Assembly: GCA_951406725.2 (NCBI GenBank)
Contig: OX597828.1
Coordinates: forward strand, 69,688,001 to 69,752,000
Origin: Octopus vulgaris
Taxonomy: Eukaryota
Direction: 5' to 3'
DNA: 64,000 nucleotides
Part shown: in pieces, positions 27,660 to 39,687 of the stretch
Position numbering within the stretch: position 1 is the first letter of the stretch
How the letters are laid out: every line of letters starts with the position of its first letter
The notes under the pieces: model-generated
The model's input: only the letters and a program-made list of their open reading frames with translations
What the model was told of the DNA's origin: nothing
The model's database searches: none
Position numbers and translations under genes: made by a program

Positions 27660-28152
27660 GTAAGTATGGACCCTGCTGAGGAGCAGGGCACTCTTGTTAA
27701 TTTGATAATTGTGTGTGTGATATGGCAAAGAAACTCCCTTCTTTTTTGGTACCCTATGGGATTAGAGAGAAGATTGTAGTGATCCGTTGGCTGGAAGATC
27801 CTAGTTAGCTATACTGTGTGTTGTGGAAGGCGGCGAGCTGGCAGAAACGTTAGCACGCCGGGCGAAGTACGTAGCCGTATTTTGTCTGCCGTTATGTTCT
27901 GAGTTCAAATTCAGCCGAGGTCGACTTTGCCTTTCATCCTTTCGGGGTCAATAAATAAAGTACTAGTTTCACACTGGAATCGATGTCCCCCTCTATGTTT
28001 AGCCTCTTGTGGGCAACAAAGAAATATATACTGTGTGTTGTGGTGATGTTATGAATGTAGTATGGTGATGGTTGTGGTGGTGTTAATGTTGTGGTAGTTG
28101 TAATATAACATTAAGCTGTGCAGCAGTTGATGCTTTGGTGTTTTTGTTGCAG

Positions 28153-28251
28153 CTATGCCAACGCCAAGAAGTGCACCAATGAAGGTCGTGCATGGATGCA
28201 GCTGGACTTCCAACAATTCCTCACCAAACTTGAGAAGTTTGCTGACATCAG
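28153..28251 (+). CDS. VPS50: VPS50 exon ([32 protein letters not shown])
   Basis: gttgcag / gtaaaa; [18 protein letters not shown] motif. Confidence 0.96.
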
Positions 28252-28679
28252 GTAAAAACTGCTTCCAAAACTCCAACTTCCTCTTCTATACACTCTTTCT
28301 GTTCACACCTCTTAATATTATATATACCTGCATTGACACCCACCTGCTCAAACCAGGTACTGTTTCTTCTCTTGTACTTATTTCTTTCTTTACTGTGAAT
28401 AAAGGCTTATTTACCTGCAAAATCAAATTCTTTTCCTTTCTCTTTTTCCAACAAACAAACCACTCTGAATAACTTTTTACCTTAATTTCTTTTTCTCTTT
28501 CACCTTTTTGAAATTTTTTCCACCACTTGTAACCTCTCACACTCTCCAACTCTCTCTCTCTCTCTATCTTCTTCCCCACTCATTCCATTTCATATATATA
28601 TATATGGAAATAAACTCTAGCATCTACTGTATGCATACATGTAGTTATACATATCCACACATTAACATATTTATTTATA

Positions 28680-28912
28680 AAGGTGGTGAGCTGGCAGAAT
28701 CGTTAGCACGCCGGGCGAAATGCGTAGCCGTATTTCGTCTGCCGTTACGTTCTGGGTTCAAATTCCGCCAAGGTCGACTTTGCCTTTCATCCTTTCAGGG
28801 TCGATAAATTAAGTACCAGTAAAACACTGGGGGCGATGTAATTGACTTAATACCTATGTCTGTCCTTGTTTGTCCTCTCTATGTTTAGCCCCTTGTGGGT
28901 AGTACAGAAATA
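28680..28912 (+). mobile_element. tRNA-derived SINE family B (Meta-domain-like core); other copies at about 8020-8400, 12020-12445(-), 21525(-), 25085, 27828, 36050(-), 44435, 54786(-), 62378(-)
   Basis: A-box-like tggcagaatcgttag, B-box gttcaaattcc, core gtcgactttgcctttcatcctttcggggtcgataaa..agtaccag, tail tttagccccttgtgggtagta. Confidence 0.85.
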
Positions 28913-29167
28913 ATTAACATATTTATATATAAATTTAAAATTACTCGTACACCATCATCATTTAACATCCCATTTTCCATGCTGGCATGGGTTGGATGGT
29001 TTGACAGGAGCTGACCAGCTGAAGGGCTGTTCAGGCTCCATTTTCCCTTTTGGCATGTTTTCTACAGCTGGGTGCTCTTCCTAATGCCAACCACTTTACA
29101 GAGTGTACTGGGTGCTTTTATGCAGCAATGGTATGGGTGTTTTTTATTTGGCACCACCACCGTCATA

Positions 29168-30402
29168 TATTGGATCATCCCATAAATGTGGGTTTTTTTT
29201 TTATACTTCCTCTATTTCTCAAAATTAAGATAAACAAAGTTCTTTTTTAATCTAAAATATACTCTCCTTCATTTTCTACAATCCTCTTCCATCCATCTGG
29301 TAGACTTGCAAGGCCCCTCTTCCAAAATTCACTTGTCCATGATGAAAAATACTCCTCCACTACTGTTCTGACCTCGTCTACAAAATTCATATCATTTCCA
29401 TCCAAGTGATTTTGAAGACTGCGGAATAAATGATAATCAGATGGGGCACCGTTTCCCATTCAAACTGCTCCAGCTTTTGGAATGTTATCCTTGCTGTATC
29501 TGGCTGAGCATTATCCTAATGGAAGAAAACCTTTTGTCTAGAAATCAAAGATGGACATTTTTTTTCTAGCACTGATTCAAGCTGCTTGCAGTAGATCTCC
29601 TTTGCTATCATTTGGTTTGGGCTTAAAAGTTCAAAGTGAACTAAACCTTTCATATCCCACCAAACAGATAAATACCTTACCTGGGTGAAGACCTTCTTTA
29701 GCCTGGGGTGCCAGTGTTTCTCCTTTCTCTACCCACCGTCTTCAGTGCCTGACATTTTTATGGGGAACCCATTTCTCGTCACCAGTCACTATTCAGTCCC
29801 AAAAAGGTTTATTCGTGAGATATGATAGCAAAGAACACGCATTCACTCTCTGCAGGTGATTAGACTTGGAAAGTTTGTGAAGAAGTCATCACTTTTCCGA
29901 TGGCACGCAGGTGTTGATAAATGATTGAATGACCAAATCCAAGCTTCTCTGCTAGTTTCTCAACAGTTATGATGGGATTTTATTCTATCAAGGCTTGCAG
30001 GACATCCTTGTCGAGCTCTACAGATCCTGCAGTATAAAGCTCGTGTTCTAAGGCTGGAGTTTCCAGCTTAGAATTTCTGGAACCATCATTGACACAGGCT
30101 TAAGCCTATTGTCTAATCCCCATATACTGTATTAATATTCCTCGCACTTTACATTGTGTTGTTGCCTTTATTGGAACTCATAAAGCAAAATATGCCAAAT
30201 ATGCTCCTCTGTCACTTCCATTACAGCTTTGAAAAAATAACTGTTAAAATCGAACTGCACTCTTCAAAATTTGCACTAAGAATAAGTACAAGGTAAAATT
30301 ACTACCTGCTTTTATAGCAAGTTGATGCAGGTAGTTTATCCCATTCCAATCTGACTTTTAGTTCATGCAATTGAAAAAACTGCATTATGGGATGACCCAG
30401 TA
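29168..30402 (-). mobile_element. Full-length (~1.24 kb) decayed mariner transposon
   Basis: TIRs ta(t/c)tgg(a/g)tcatcccataa at both ends within TA; ORF 29247-29459 APSDYHLFRSLQNHLDG..FWKRGLASLPDGWKRIVENEGEY is a mariner transposase C-terminus; upstream part frameshifted. Confidence 0.88.
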
Positions 30403-30708
30403 TATATATATTCATACATGTGTACATATACCTTTATATATAATTATATATACATTTACATGTATACGCACACAGTAAGATCAATATGTACACCTTACAA
30501 ATATATATATACACACACACATAAATACATATATTGTAAACACATCTCCCACTCATATTTACACATACAAGTCTTTACATTTACCCCTCATCCATACATA
30601 TGAGTCTTCTTCCTGCATACAATGATGATTGAATGAAGCCACTGCCCAGGGGCCCAGTCTATCATACTGATGATATTCATTCTCCTGTTTTGCTCTTATG
30701 ATTTCCAG

Positions 30709-30799
30709 ACCGATTCCTGAGAGAGAATATGTCGAGACTTACATCAAGGCTTATTATTTACCTGAAGCACAACTTGAGATTTGGTTACAAGACCACAAG
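30709..30799 (+). CDS. VPS50: VPS50 exon (PIPEREYVETYIKAYYLPEAQLEIWLQDHK)
   Basis: tttccag / gtgagt; VETYIKAYYL conserved. Confidence 0.96.
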
Positions 30800-31840
30800 G
30801 TGAGTAGTCATCAGAGACTTGTTTCAGTTACTTTGCTCCTGTGGTTAAAAAGGGCCACAAGGTGAATACTGCAGCCAGGGCTGACCACCTCTGGCTATTT
30901 AAGACAACAGAATGAGTTTTATGCATAATTTTGAATCCGTGTGGTCTGTGTCTCTACATAGTATGGTACACTGTCCATTGTACTCCTCTGGTTGGTTAGA
31001 AGGATCACAAAGTTAGGCGTGGTCAGTTAAAAAATGTCTAACATGACCAATGAGTGTAAAGTATTATCACAACACAACACAACACTGATGGCTACAGTTT
31101 ATTGGTTGGACTGTGGTCAGCGTGGGTGTTTATAAACTTATCTAATCCATGTGGTCAGTCTAGAAATGTAGGGTTAAAAGTTGATATGGCCACTGACTGA
31201 CCAGTGAACACTACACAATTTAGTGTTATGAAGTTAATGATTGGTTTCAGGCTGTGTGCATGTGTCTACATCTCTACAAAGGTATTCAGGGGTCAGTGTA
31301 TCTTTCCAGGGGATTATTCACATGTCTGTGTGTCACTGTTCCCCTTTCAGTACTCATTTATTTCTCCAAGTAGATTTTTTTCTAGAGGAGTATATATACC
31401 CACCCATGTGTGTGCCCTTTTCTCTCTCTCTCTCTCTCTCTCTCTGCAGAAGCATAAAGGACCCCCTTTGGTCATGAATGACCATGGGATTGCACCTAGA
31501 AAGTTAACCTTTGAGAAAGTCCGGGCAAGGTTGTTTATGGAAGACCAGCGGTCATCCATACATACCAGCCTCCCCTCTACATGCCACCGATTTATCTGAG
31601 GGAACGGCAAAGGGGCCGATACGGCTTGGCACCAGTGATGTTTCTAAAGCTGAGTGAACTAGAGCAATGTGAAATATCAAGAACACAACACAGCCTGGTC
31701 CAGGAATCGAACTCACTACCTCATGATTGTGAGCCCAATGCCCCTGATAAGTTGTATTCAGATGTCTTGTTACTCAGTTTCCACAAAAATACTCTCACTT
31801 TAGTGTCTCTTTGTCTCTCTTTCTCTCTCTCTTTCCCCAG

Positions 31841-31954
31841 GAATACTCAAACAAGCAACTGTTGGCTTTGATCACATCAGTGGACCACATTAACCGTAAA
31901 GCACGGCAACGATTGGTGAACATGGTGGAGGAGTTTGACAAAACAAGGAGATGA
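31841..31954 (+). CDS. VPS50: VPS50 last coding exon (EYSNKQLLALITSVDHINRKARQRLVNMVEEFDKTRR*)
   Basis: tccccag acceptor; EYSxKQL..HINxKARQxL; stop TGA followed by two more in-frame TGA. Confidence 0.96.
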   Translation, partial: EYSNKQLLALITSVDHINRKARQRLVNMVEEFDKTRR

Positions 31955-32158
31955 TGATGACGGTGATGATGATGATGATAGTGATAATCATTATAATAGT
32001 GGTGGTGGTGGTGGCCATGTACGTTTTTATGTGAGGAAAAAATATGATCTGAGAAGAATGTATATGTCATAGTTAATAGTGTAGAAAACACCCTTAAAAC
32101 ATTAACAGGTGTGTGTATATGAGACTGTGTGTGTGTATATAGTCTATATGTGTATATA

Positions 32159-32319
32159 TATATTAGAAGAAATGAGGTACTCAGAAATTCGGATGGTTTT
32201 ATATTTACAGATATATATTTGTATATTACATGTATAAAAACATGTAAATATATAAATAAATAAATATCTGTAAATATAAAACCATCTGAATTTCTGAGTA
32301 CCTCATTTCTTCTAATATA
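32159..32319. repeat. Long inverted repeat (foldback) in the putative VPS50 3' UTR
   Basis: tatattagaagaaatgaggtactcagaaattcggatggttttatatttacagatat is followed by its reverse complement with one mismatch; inner ttacatgt/acatgtaa also pairs. Confidence 0.92.
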
Positions 32320-34574
32320 CATCATCTCCAAACCTTCTAATATATATGCATACACACACACTTGTGAGTCTGTGTATGTGTTTAAATGTTTCATTGAAAT
32401 ACATTTTTATTTTCTAATGTTGATCAGTTGAACTGTACATCGGGACTCAGATTCCAGGTGAGACGATGACAACACAACTGTACAATACCTTGTAACACTG
32501 CATTGTATAGTATTATACAATACGGTAAAAGTGCAGTTACTCTTACACTAATGTCTGTATCATACGTCTGGAAATCAAAAGCCAGTTTCTGGGACCAATT
32601 ATTAAAAAACAAAAACATCTCACAACAGACAACATGCCTCAAAGAACACAGATCACAGGTACAAACACATTTTGCATATCAGACAACAAACCACACACAC
32701 CCACATACATATGAAATCAGACTACCACACCTCTCTCAACAAATAAGACATTCTTAATGAGTTACCAATATAACATTAGTTTTTTCTGTGTAATAGGCCC
32801 CATGGTCCATTGAGCTCACTGAAGCAGTGGGTGGGTGGGGAATTAGAGGGCAGAATATTTAGGTTTGAAGTTAATACCTTGTGGTATTAAGTTGTGCCCC
32901 TTGAAACTCTGAGTTTATCTTGCCAAAATTAATTTTGCCTTACAGGTCCACTAATTACCAATGAAGGACTAAGTTCATTTAATGCTACCTCTACCTGCCC
33001 CTCCCCTCTGTGGGGGCCTTGTGCCAATGTTAGAAATCCTTATTGCCTTTTATTCCTCTGGGTTCAATATTTATAAATATACCAGTCATGCACTAGGGTT
33101 TCAATATTAAGGGCATTGTGTCAACCTAAAATATCACTGGTTTAAGGGACGATTTGCTAGAAAGTGGTAGGGGAATCCTCCCCCCCCCACCTCTGTAACC
33201 AGACTAATAATATGTATAGAGGTGATGAGATTGTGTAACATTCATGCCTTTCTCTTCCTCCTTGAAAAGTGTAATGATTTCAACTGAAAAATCCAAATCG
33301 GTTCATGATTTCAGTTCTAGGATACACACATGTAAGGGGGCAACTCAAGGGGTTGGCTACAAGAAGGGCATCCAGCTGTAAAAAACACTGCCTCAGAAAA
33401 ACCATCCAACCCATCCATGCCAGCATGGAGAGGTGGGTTGTTACTCATCTACTTAGTGTCAGTCTTTAGATTGTGGCCATGCTGGAGCACAACTGTGGCA
33501 CAAAATTTTTTTTTTTGTTTATTACATCCATCTCAATCTTTTGTCTGGTTCTTATATTAGCGACCTGAGTAGAAGGGAAGGCAAAGTTTACCTGGGCATA
33601 ACTCAATACTGTGTGCAGTATTTTTGTTCAACACTCTCCCCCCCCTCCCAATCACTAATGAAGTTTCACAAACTTTAACATCAATTAAATATTTCATTCA
33701 CAATTCTTGGGGATCAGAAACCCTGAAATAAAACAGATACCCAACTTACTGTGGAAATAGAACTTGGAACCACATAACTGCAAAGCAAACTGCTTAAACA
33801 CCCCCAGCCATGGATCTGTTGCACTTTTTTTTGTTTAGAAAACCATATTTCCAGATTTTTTTTTTTTTTGGAGAGAGAGGGATTAGTGAGATAATCTTTA
33901 CCTCTTATAGTTTTTGACCCACTGATTCCCATTTCAGGAACTTCTGTTAGTTCTAGTTAAGGGTTCCATTCTTTAGGAACTGAGCAGGGCATGTTTTTGT
34001 TGCTTAAATCTCAACTTGCAAGTGAAAGGTGTCAACTGGCTCCTAGAAAGAAATACAAACTGACATCCTACATTGTAAATAGAATAATGTTGTTGTTGTT
34101 TTGTGACATAACAACAACAAAACTTGTTACATTTGCAAGTTGACAGAGCCACACACGTGTGTGTGTGTGTAGTAAGACAAGATCCAGGCTGTTTTTCTAA
34201 CACGTATCAAATAGTGTGTTGTCTGTTGTTATTTGGTATGTAGAAGAGAGAACAGACCTAACACTTTTCCCAGCCCCTGTTGTCATTAGTAACCAAGACA
34301 GGGAGATCACATCTGAAAAGAGGGGCACAACTATACACACCATTTTTGAAACAGAACTCCCTCTTTGACAAATCTGCGTGAACGTGTGTGTGTCTTAATC
34401 AACAAGTGTGTATTTAAGTATGTCCTGTGTGTGCATATTTGAGGGCACCTATTACATGTATACAGCATGCAGTGTGTGTGTACACTTATGTCCCCCACCC
34501 CCCTTTCACTAAGTGGACCAATTAAGTCGGTTATTTAAGATAATTCCTTTCTGTACATAAATTTATTTTTGTTC

Positions 34575-34580
34575 AATAAA
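34575..34580 (+). terminator. Candidate VPS50 polyadenylation signal AATAAA
   Basis: AATAAA preceded by TGTA (34552) and followed by a T/GT-rich tract (tgtttttgtttgtttgttttt); no transcript evidence. Confidence 0.55.
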
Positions 34581-35750
34581 TGTTTTTGTTTGTTTGTTTT
34601 TTTTAAGTTGACAAAAACTTTGTTGGTCATTTATTAATTTTGATATTTCATTGGAGTCACCGGTCAACCACCACAACACAACGGCTGCAGTGAAGTTGTG
34701 AATGGTACCAAACGGGTTTGGACACAGTGCAAAAGAAAAAAAAAAAGTATATAGAAATTGTAGTTAAGACACCCGTGCCGGTGACACGTAATAAGCACCA
34801 TCCGAACGTGGCAGATGCCAGCGCCGCCTGACTGGCGTCCGTGTCGGGGACATGTAAAAGCACCAACCGATCGTGGCCGTTTGCCAGCCTGCTCTGGCTC
34901 CTGTGCCGGTGGCACGTAAAAAACACCCACTACACTCACGGAGTGGCTGGAAGGGCATCCAGCTGTAGAAACACTGCCAAATCAGACTAGAGCCTGATGC
35001 AGCCTCCATGGATTACCAGACCCCGGTCGAACCGTCCAACCCATGCTAGCATGGAAAGCAGACGTTAAATGATGATGATGATGAAGATATAGTAGTGAGT
35101 GAATCTATTTGTGGAGGGAGGGTATGTGCACCTCTTGTTTAAATCACAGGGGCCTCTCTGAAGAGGGTATTGAAGAACTAGTTTCACTGGTCATTACCAG
35201 CTCACCAGGAAAATTTACTTCTTTGGATCTATCGATCCAAGAAGCACCGTCTTTTCTCATCTACATAACATTATGGTCATTAGCATACAAATTAGTCACA
35301 AACACAACTGATAACGACTGGTAAAATTTGCTGAGTAAGTGTTTAATCTGTTCTGCTAAGAGAGAGAGAGAGCCCTGTTGATTATCAATGGGACCTGATT
35401 CTATCGCAAGGTTGAATATATGTAAATTCATTTACATAACGAGTAATATAGCTTAGATGATAAAAAGATATCCTTCCTACCGTTGACGCCTTTGAAATAC
35501 ATCCAGAAAGATGAAATGGTCACAGCAGGAATATGGGAGACTACATTTAAGACAGTAAGTTGTGATCTGAGGAAATTTAGCTGCTATTTCTAGCAGCTGT
35601 TGTCAGGAAAAAAGCTGCAATAAGAAGAGTTATGTACCTTGTTTAAAAGAGAGAACAAACATTCGATTTGATCTCATAACCTTGTGGACAGTAACAAATA
35701 TATTTAACTTCACAGCCAAAGACTTTTAATTATTTTGGAGTAAATGAGTT

Positions 35751-36050
35751 TCTTTTGTGAGTAACACAATAACAATGGTATCAAACTTTGGCACAAGGCC
35801 AGCAAGATTTAGAGAGAAGGGTTTGGTCGATTACATCGACCCTCAGTACATGACTGGTACTTATTTTATCAACCCTGAAAAGCAAATAGTTTTTAAATAA
35901 GGCACAAAGCCAGAAACTTTAAGGGGAGACGATGTTAACTGGTTAAGTCATCTGCAGAACTGGATTGATAATTTATCAACCGTGGAAGGACGAACAGATG
36001 AAAGACAAAATTGATTTGCTGGGATTTGAGCTAATAATAATAATAATAAT
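35751..36050 (+). repeat. Local direct duplication, copy 1 (~300 bp)
   Basis: Near-identical to 37130-37432 with only a few substitutions. Confidence 0.92.
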
Positions 36051-36472
36051 AACCCCAGTTGATTTATCAACCACAAAAGGATGAAAGGCCAAGTCATCCT
36101 CGGTGGAATTTGAACTCAGAATGTAAAGACATGAAATGCCACAAAGCATTTCGCCTGAGGTGCTAACCATTCTGCCAGTTTACCACCATAATAATGATTA
36201 TAATGATTTCTAAGAGGCACAAAACCTCATATTGGTGGGAGGTAATCAAAGTCGATTTATATAGGTTCCCTCAGCAAATCACTGGGACATGGCATTTCGT
36301 CAATCCAGGGTTGATAAAATTAAGGTTCCATCGGTGGGATTTTAAAACACACAAAAAAAAAAAATGTCAATGATTCACAAGGCATTTGTTCAATGCTCTA
36401 CTGGTCTGTTGCCAGTAACAATGAAGGAAATATGAAGCCTGCTGCAATGAGTTGGGTCCTGCTGTGGTCACT

Positions 36473-36598
36473 TTACTGAATGTCTACTTCAAAAGGCTCG
36501 ACTGGACAACACTGACCCGTCTTCAGACATTTCCGCAGCCATTTTACACTCACCACAAACGCAGTAGACGAGGCATAGCGCATGGTCGAGGCAAGATC
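36473..36598 (-). CDS. CHD1L: CHD1L last coding exon, BRCT end (DLASTMRYASSTAFVVSVKWLRKCLKTGQCCPVEPFEVDIQ*)
   Basis: tttcag acceptor, phase 0; BRCT signature VxxxWxxxC; TAA stop. Confidence 0.87.
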   Translation of the reverse strand, partial: DLASTMRYASSTAFVVSVKWLRKCLKTGQCCPVEPFEVDIQ

Positions 36599-37129
36599 CT
36601 GAAATATTAAGGAGGAAATATCATGGTAAATTATAGATAGATAGAATAATGTGGGTATCTTATACTGGGGTGGAATAGAGAAAGGGTGTGTACATCTATT
36701 GAATCCAGGGTCGACTGTAGTGAGTGTATGAGAGGGGGAAATGCCTAGTTCTGCTGTTATGTGGTTGATTGTCGAGAATGATGACAAGTATTTGAAGGAG
36801 GTAGAGTTAAACGAATGAGGACCAGGGGGAAGGCAAGTGTAACTCATTTTGATCCCAACCTGTTTGAAACTAGCCCTGGTTATTTAACAGAACGCTCTCA
36901 ATCTTCATATTTTAATTGAAATCTTCAAAAGATTATGCAAGAAACTATGCAAACTGTTTGTTACAATTAACTTCTGGTAGGGACACTCTTTCATTATGCA
37001 ACTCTATTACCAAGAATATTAAAGACTTACGAGTCAATACTCTGTCCTGCCTGTGTTAGCAGTGCAATACAATCACTTTTAAAGTTTTCTCTACAGATTT
37101 TCAATAGAAATTAGATTGGGAGTAGAGTA

Positions 37130-37432
37130 TCTTTTGTGAGTAACACAATAACAATAGTATCAAACTTTGGCACAAGGCCAGCAAGATTTAGAGAGAAGGA
37201 TTTGGTCGATTACATCGACCCTCAGTACATGACTGGTACTTATTTTATCAACCCTGAAAAGCAAATAGTTTTTAAATAAGGCACAAGGCCAGAAACTTTA
37301 AGGGGAGACGATGTTAACTGGTTAAATCATCTCCAGAACTGGATTGATAATTTATCAACCGTGGAAGGACGAACAGATGAAAGACAAAATTGATTTGCTC
37401 GGATTTGAGCTATTAATAATAATAATAATAAT
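37130..37432 (+). repeat. Local direct duplication, copy 2 (~300 bp)
   Basis: Near-identical to 35751-36050. Confidence 0.92.
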
Positions 37433-38537
37433 CCTGTTTCTAGGCACAAAGGCCTGGCATTTTGGGGGCAGGATAGCTGATTACATTAAGCCCAGTGTTT
37501 GACTGGGTCTTATTTTCATTGATCCCAAAAGGATGAAATGCCACTAAGCATTATTGCCCAGTATGCTAGCGATCCTGCCAGTTAAGTTTCACATACAACT
37601 ACATCTGTGTAAACAGTGCCAGCTCTAACTTGTAAAGAAAATTTGTAGAGATGACTTTAAAAAGTGAAATTCTGAGTTGAGAAAGTTATAAATAATAGTA
37701 TTTGGGGTAAAAAAACAAAAACAACCCTTTAATTGGAAATGTCTGGGGCAGCTCAAGGGACTCAAACTCACATTTTCTGTAACCATGACAGATGTTCTAC
37801 CATTGGACCAAAACAATCTTGAATTTCTTTTTCCATTTTAGAAGTTTTGTCCTTATCAGAGTTTGACCATTAAATAGAATTTCTTTCACGTTGTCTTGAA
37901 GTTTTGAAAGTCTTACAATGTAAACAAGAGAATTCTTATTGGTAAGAACAAGGCTTCTAAATTTGGATTAGTTTGAAGAAGTGCTTTGGTACAACAGCAG
38001 AACGTTTGTCATTTACAGAAGATGTGGGCTTGAATCCCAGAGACAGCTTTTGACTTTGTCCACCCAGGGGTAATTTTTAATCCCCTTATTTACATTTTAT
38101 TTGTAGATCTGCCTACTTTGAGTTCCACTAGTTTGCCACCATGGATGGATGGATGGATGAAAACATGGCTGTCAGATAAGGTTAATGCATTTACAGAAGC
38201 AGATGTAAAGACAACTGAGCAAGATTTATTGAGGAATGCTGAATCATTGATGCATGCAAGCCTTTCCACTTTATGCTACAAATGTGTATCCATGGGGAAG
38301 GTCACTAACTTGGGTTGATACAGCTTAGCACCAGTGTTGTCACAGACATTGCTGTCAGAACCAGAACAGATGAGGCAAAGCATTTTTCCACATCAAAGAT
38401 TTCTGTTAATCCACAAACCTGGGTTGGGTCTTTCTATTGAACCCCCGAAAGGATAAAAAAAAAGGAATTAATTTTGATAGGAATTGAACTCAGACTGCAG
38501 ACAACTGTATTGAAGAACCCAAAGACCTTGTACTCAC

Positions 38538-38613
38538 CTCTATGTCACTGTTGACGCAGACAACAACATGGGTTGTACTTTCTGTTATTTCTGAATGAAA
38601 CTCTCCATCGTAA
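38538..38613 (-). CDS. CHD1L: CHD1L BRCT exon (YDGEFHSEITESTTHVVVCVNSDIE)
   Basis: AC acceptor, gtgagt donor; BRCT AxxG and THVV motifs; phases 2/0. Confidence 0.88.
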
Positions 38614-39485
38614 GTGAACAGAGTTAAGGACTGGAACCATGGAACCAAAAACAAAACGGCAAAAACAAATATCATCATCATCAGCAACATTCTTTTGGCA
38701 TCAACTTTTCCATGTTTGCATGGAAAAGGATAGTGACATGTAGAAAGCACCCAGCACACCCCGTTGAGTGGTTGGCATTAGGAAGGGCTTCCAGCTGTAG
38801 AAACTATGCCACAACAGACAGTTGGGGTCTGGACAGCTCCCAGCTGGTCAGCTCCATGGCAAACTGTCCAACCCATGCCAGCATGGAAAGTGGACGTTAA
38901 ATGATGATGATGATGATGATGCATGGGTCACACAGATGGAATTCATTGAAACAGATTTTCTACAGTTGGATGCCTTTCTTGTTGCCGACCCGTACCTGTT
39001 TCCAAGAGAATCCCTTCTCTGAGGTCAAACATGTTTCCACAGAAGAATGATTGTGTGATACTTGCAAACGAGCATCACCCTCATACAAGGAGACACAAAC
39101 ACACAGACAAATATACGATGGGCTTCTTATAGTTTCCACCAACCAAACTCACTCACAAAGCCATAGCAGAATCCATCATATTCCCTCATATCTGTGTTTA
39201 TAAGGAAACAGATGTGAAGACTATGTTTAACCTTTTAGCATTTAAACTGGCCAGACCAGGCCAGGCCAAAGACTCTTATGTTGCAACTGACCAGATCAGG
39301 CCTCTTACACCTGCCCTACATCATCAAAGTCTCAAAGCTACAAGATAATGCAGAATTCCTTTATAAAATGTCAATAAATAAGTATTACAACTGACAGAGT
39401 AATTTGAATGTGGAAAGGTCAACACAGCTCGGGCCACAAAGCCACTGGCACACGGCCAAACAAACAAAAGAAATCAAAAGGATAT
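38614..39485 (-). other. CHD1L: U12-type AT-AC intron of CHD1L (872 nt)
   Basis: 5' ATATCCTTTT; perfect branch site TCCTTAAC (38623-38630) then tctgttcAC; splicing restores RYIIA-YDGE in frame. Confidence 0.93.
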
Positions 39486-39687
39486 GCAATAATGTAGCGT
39501 TTGTACATTTTGCTGTCTTCTGGGTTGCACTTCCAGAGATGAACAGAAAGTCCTTGGAATGTTTCCAGCAATCCATTTTGCTTTTTGGTTCCTCCTTGAG
39601 ACGTAGAGCAAACAGGTGATGCAGGGCCTGGCGATGCAGGGCCTGGCGATGCAGGGCCTGGCGATGCCACAGAGGATGGTGCATCAT
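39486..39687 (-). CDS. CHD1L: CHD1L exon: (ASPGP)n linker + BRCT start (LLETFQGLSVHLWKCNPEDSKMYKRYIIA)
   Basis: gtccag acceptor, in frame with the previous exon; LxxxFxG..RYIIA resembles XRCC1/LIG3 BRCT; ends at ATATCCTTT donor. Confidence 0.88.

Noticed and set aside
27828-27920. tRNA-like A/B boxes
   Set aside because: SINE heads; no complete cloverleaf, and each runs into the SINE core
31952-31960. TGA TGA TGA as possible selenocysteine or read-through with the downstream hairpin acting as a SECIS
   Set aside because: The stop matches the normal VPS50 C-terminus, the TGAs are the start of a (TGA)n microsatellite, and the hairpin is a plain duplex without a SECIS GA quartet
31795-32394. 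199-aa minus-strand ORF overlapping the VPS50 last exon
   Set aside because: Low-complexity antisense read-through of the exon, microsatellite and AT-rich hairpin; no recognisable domain
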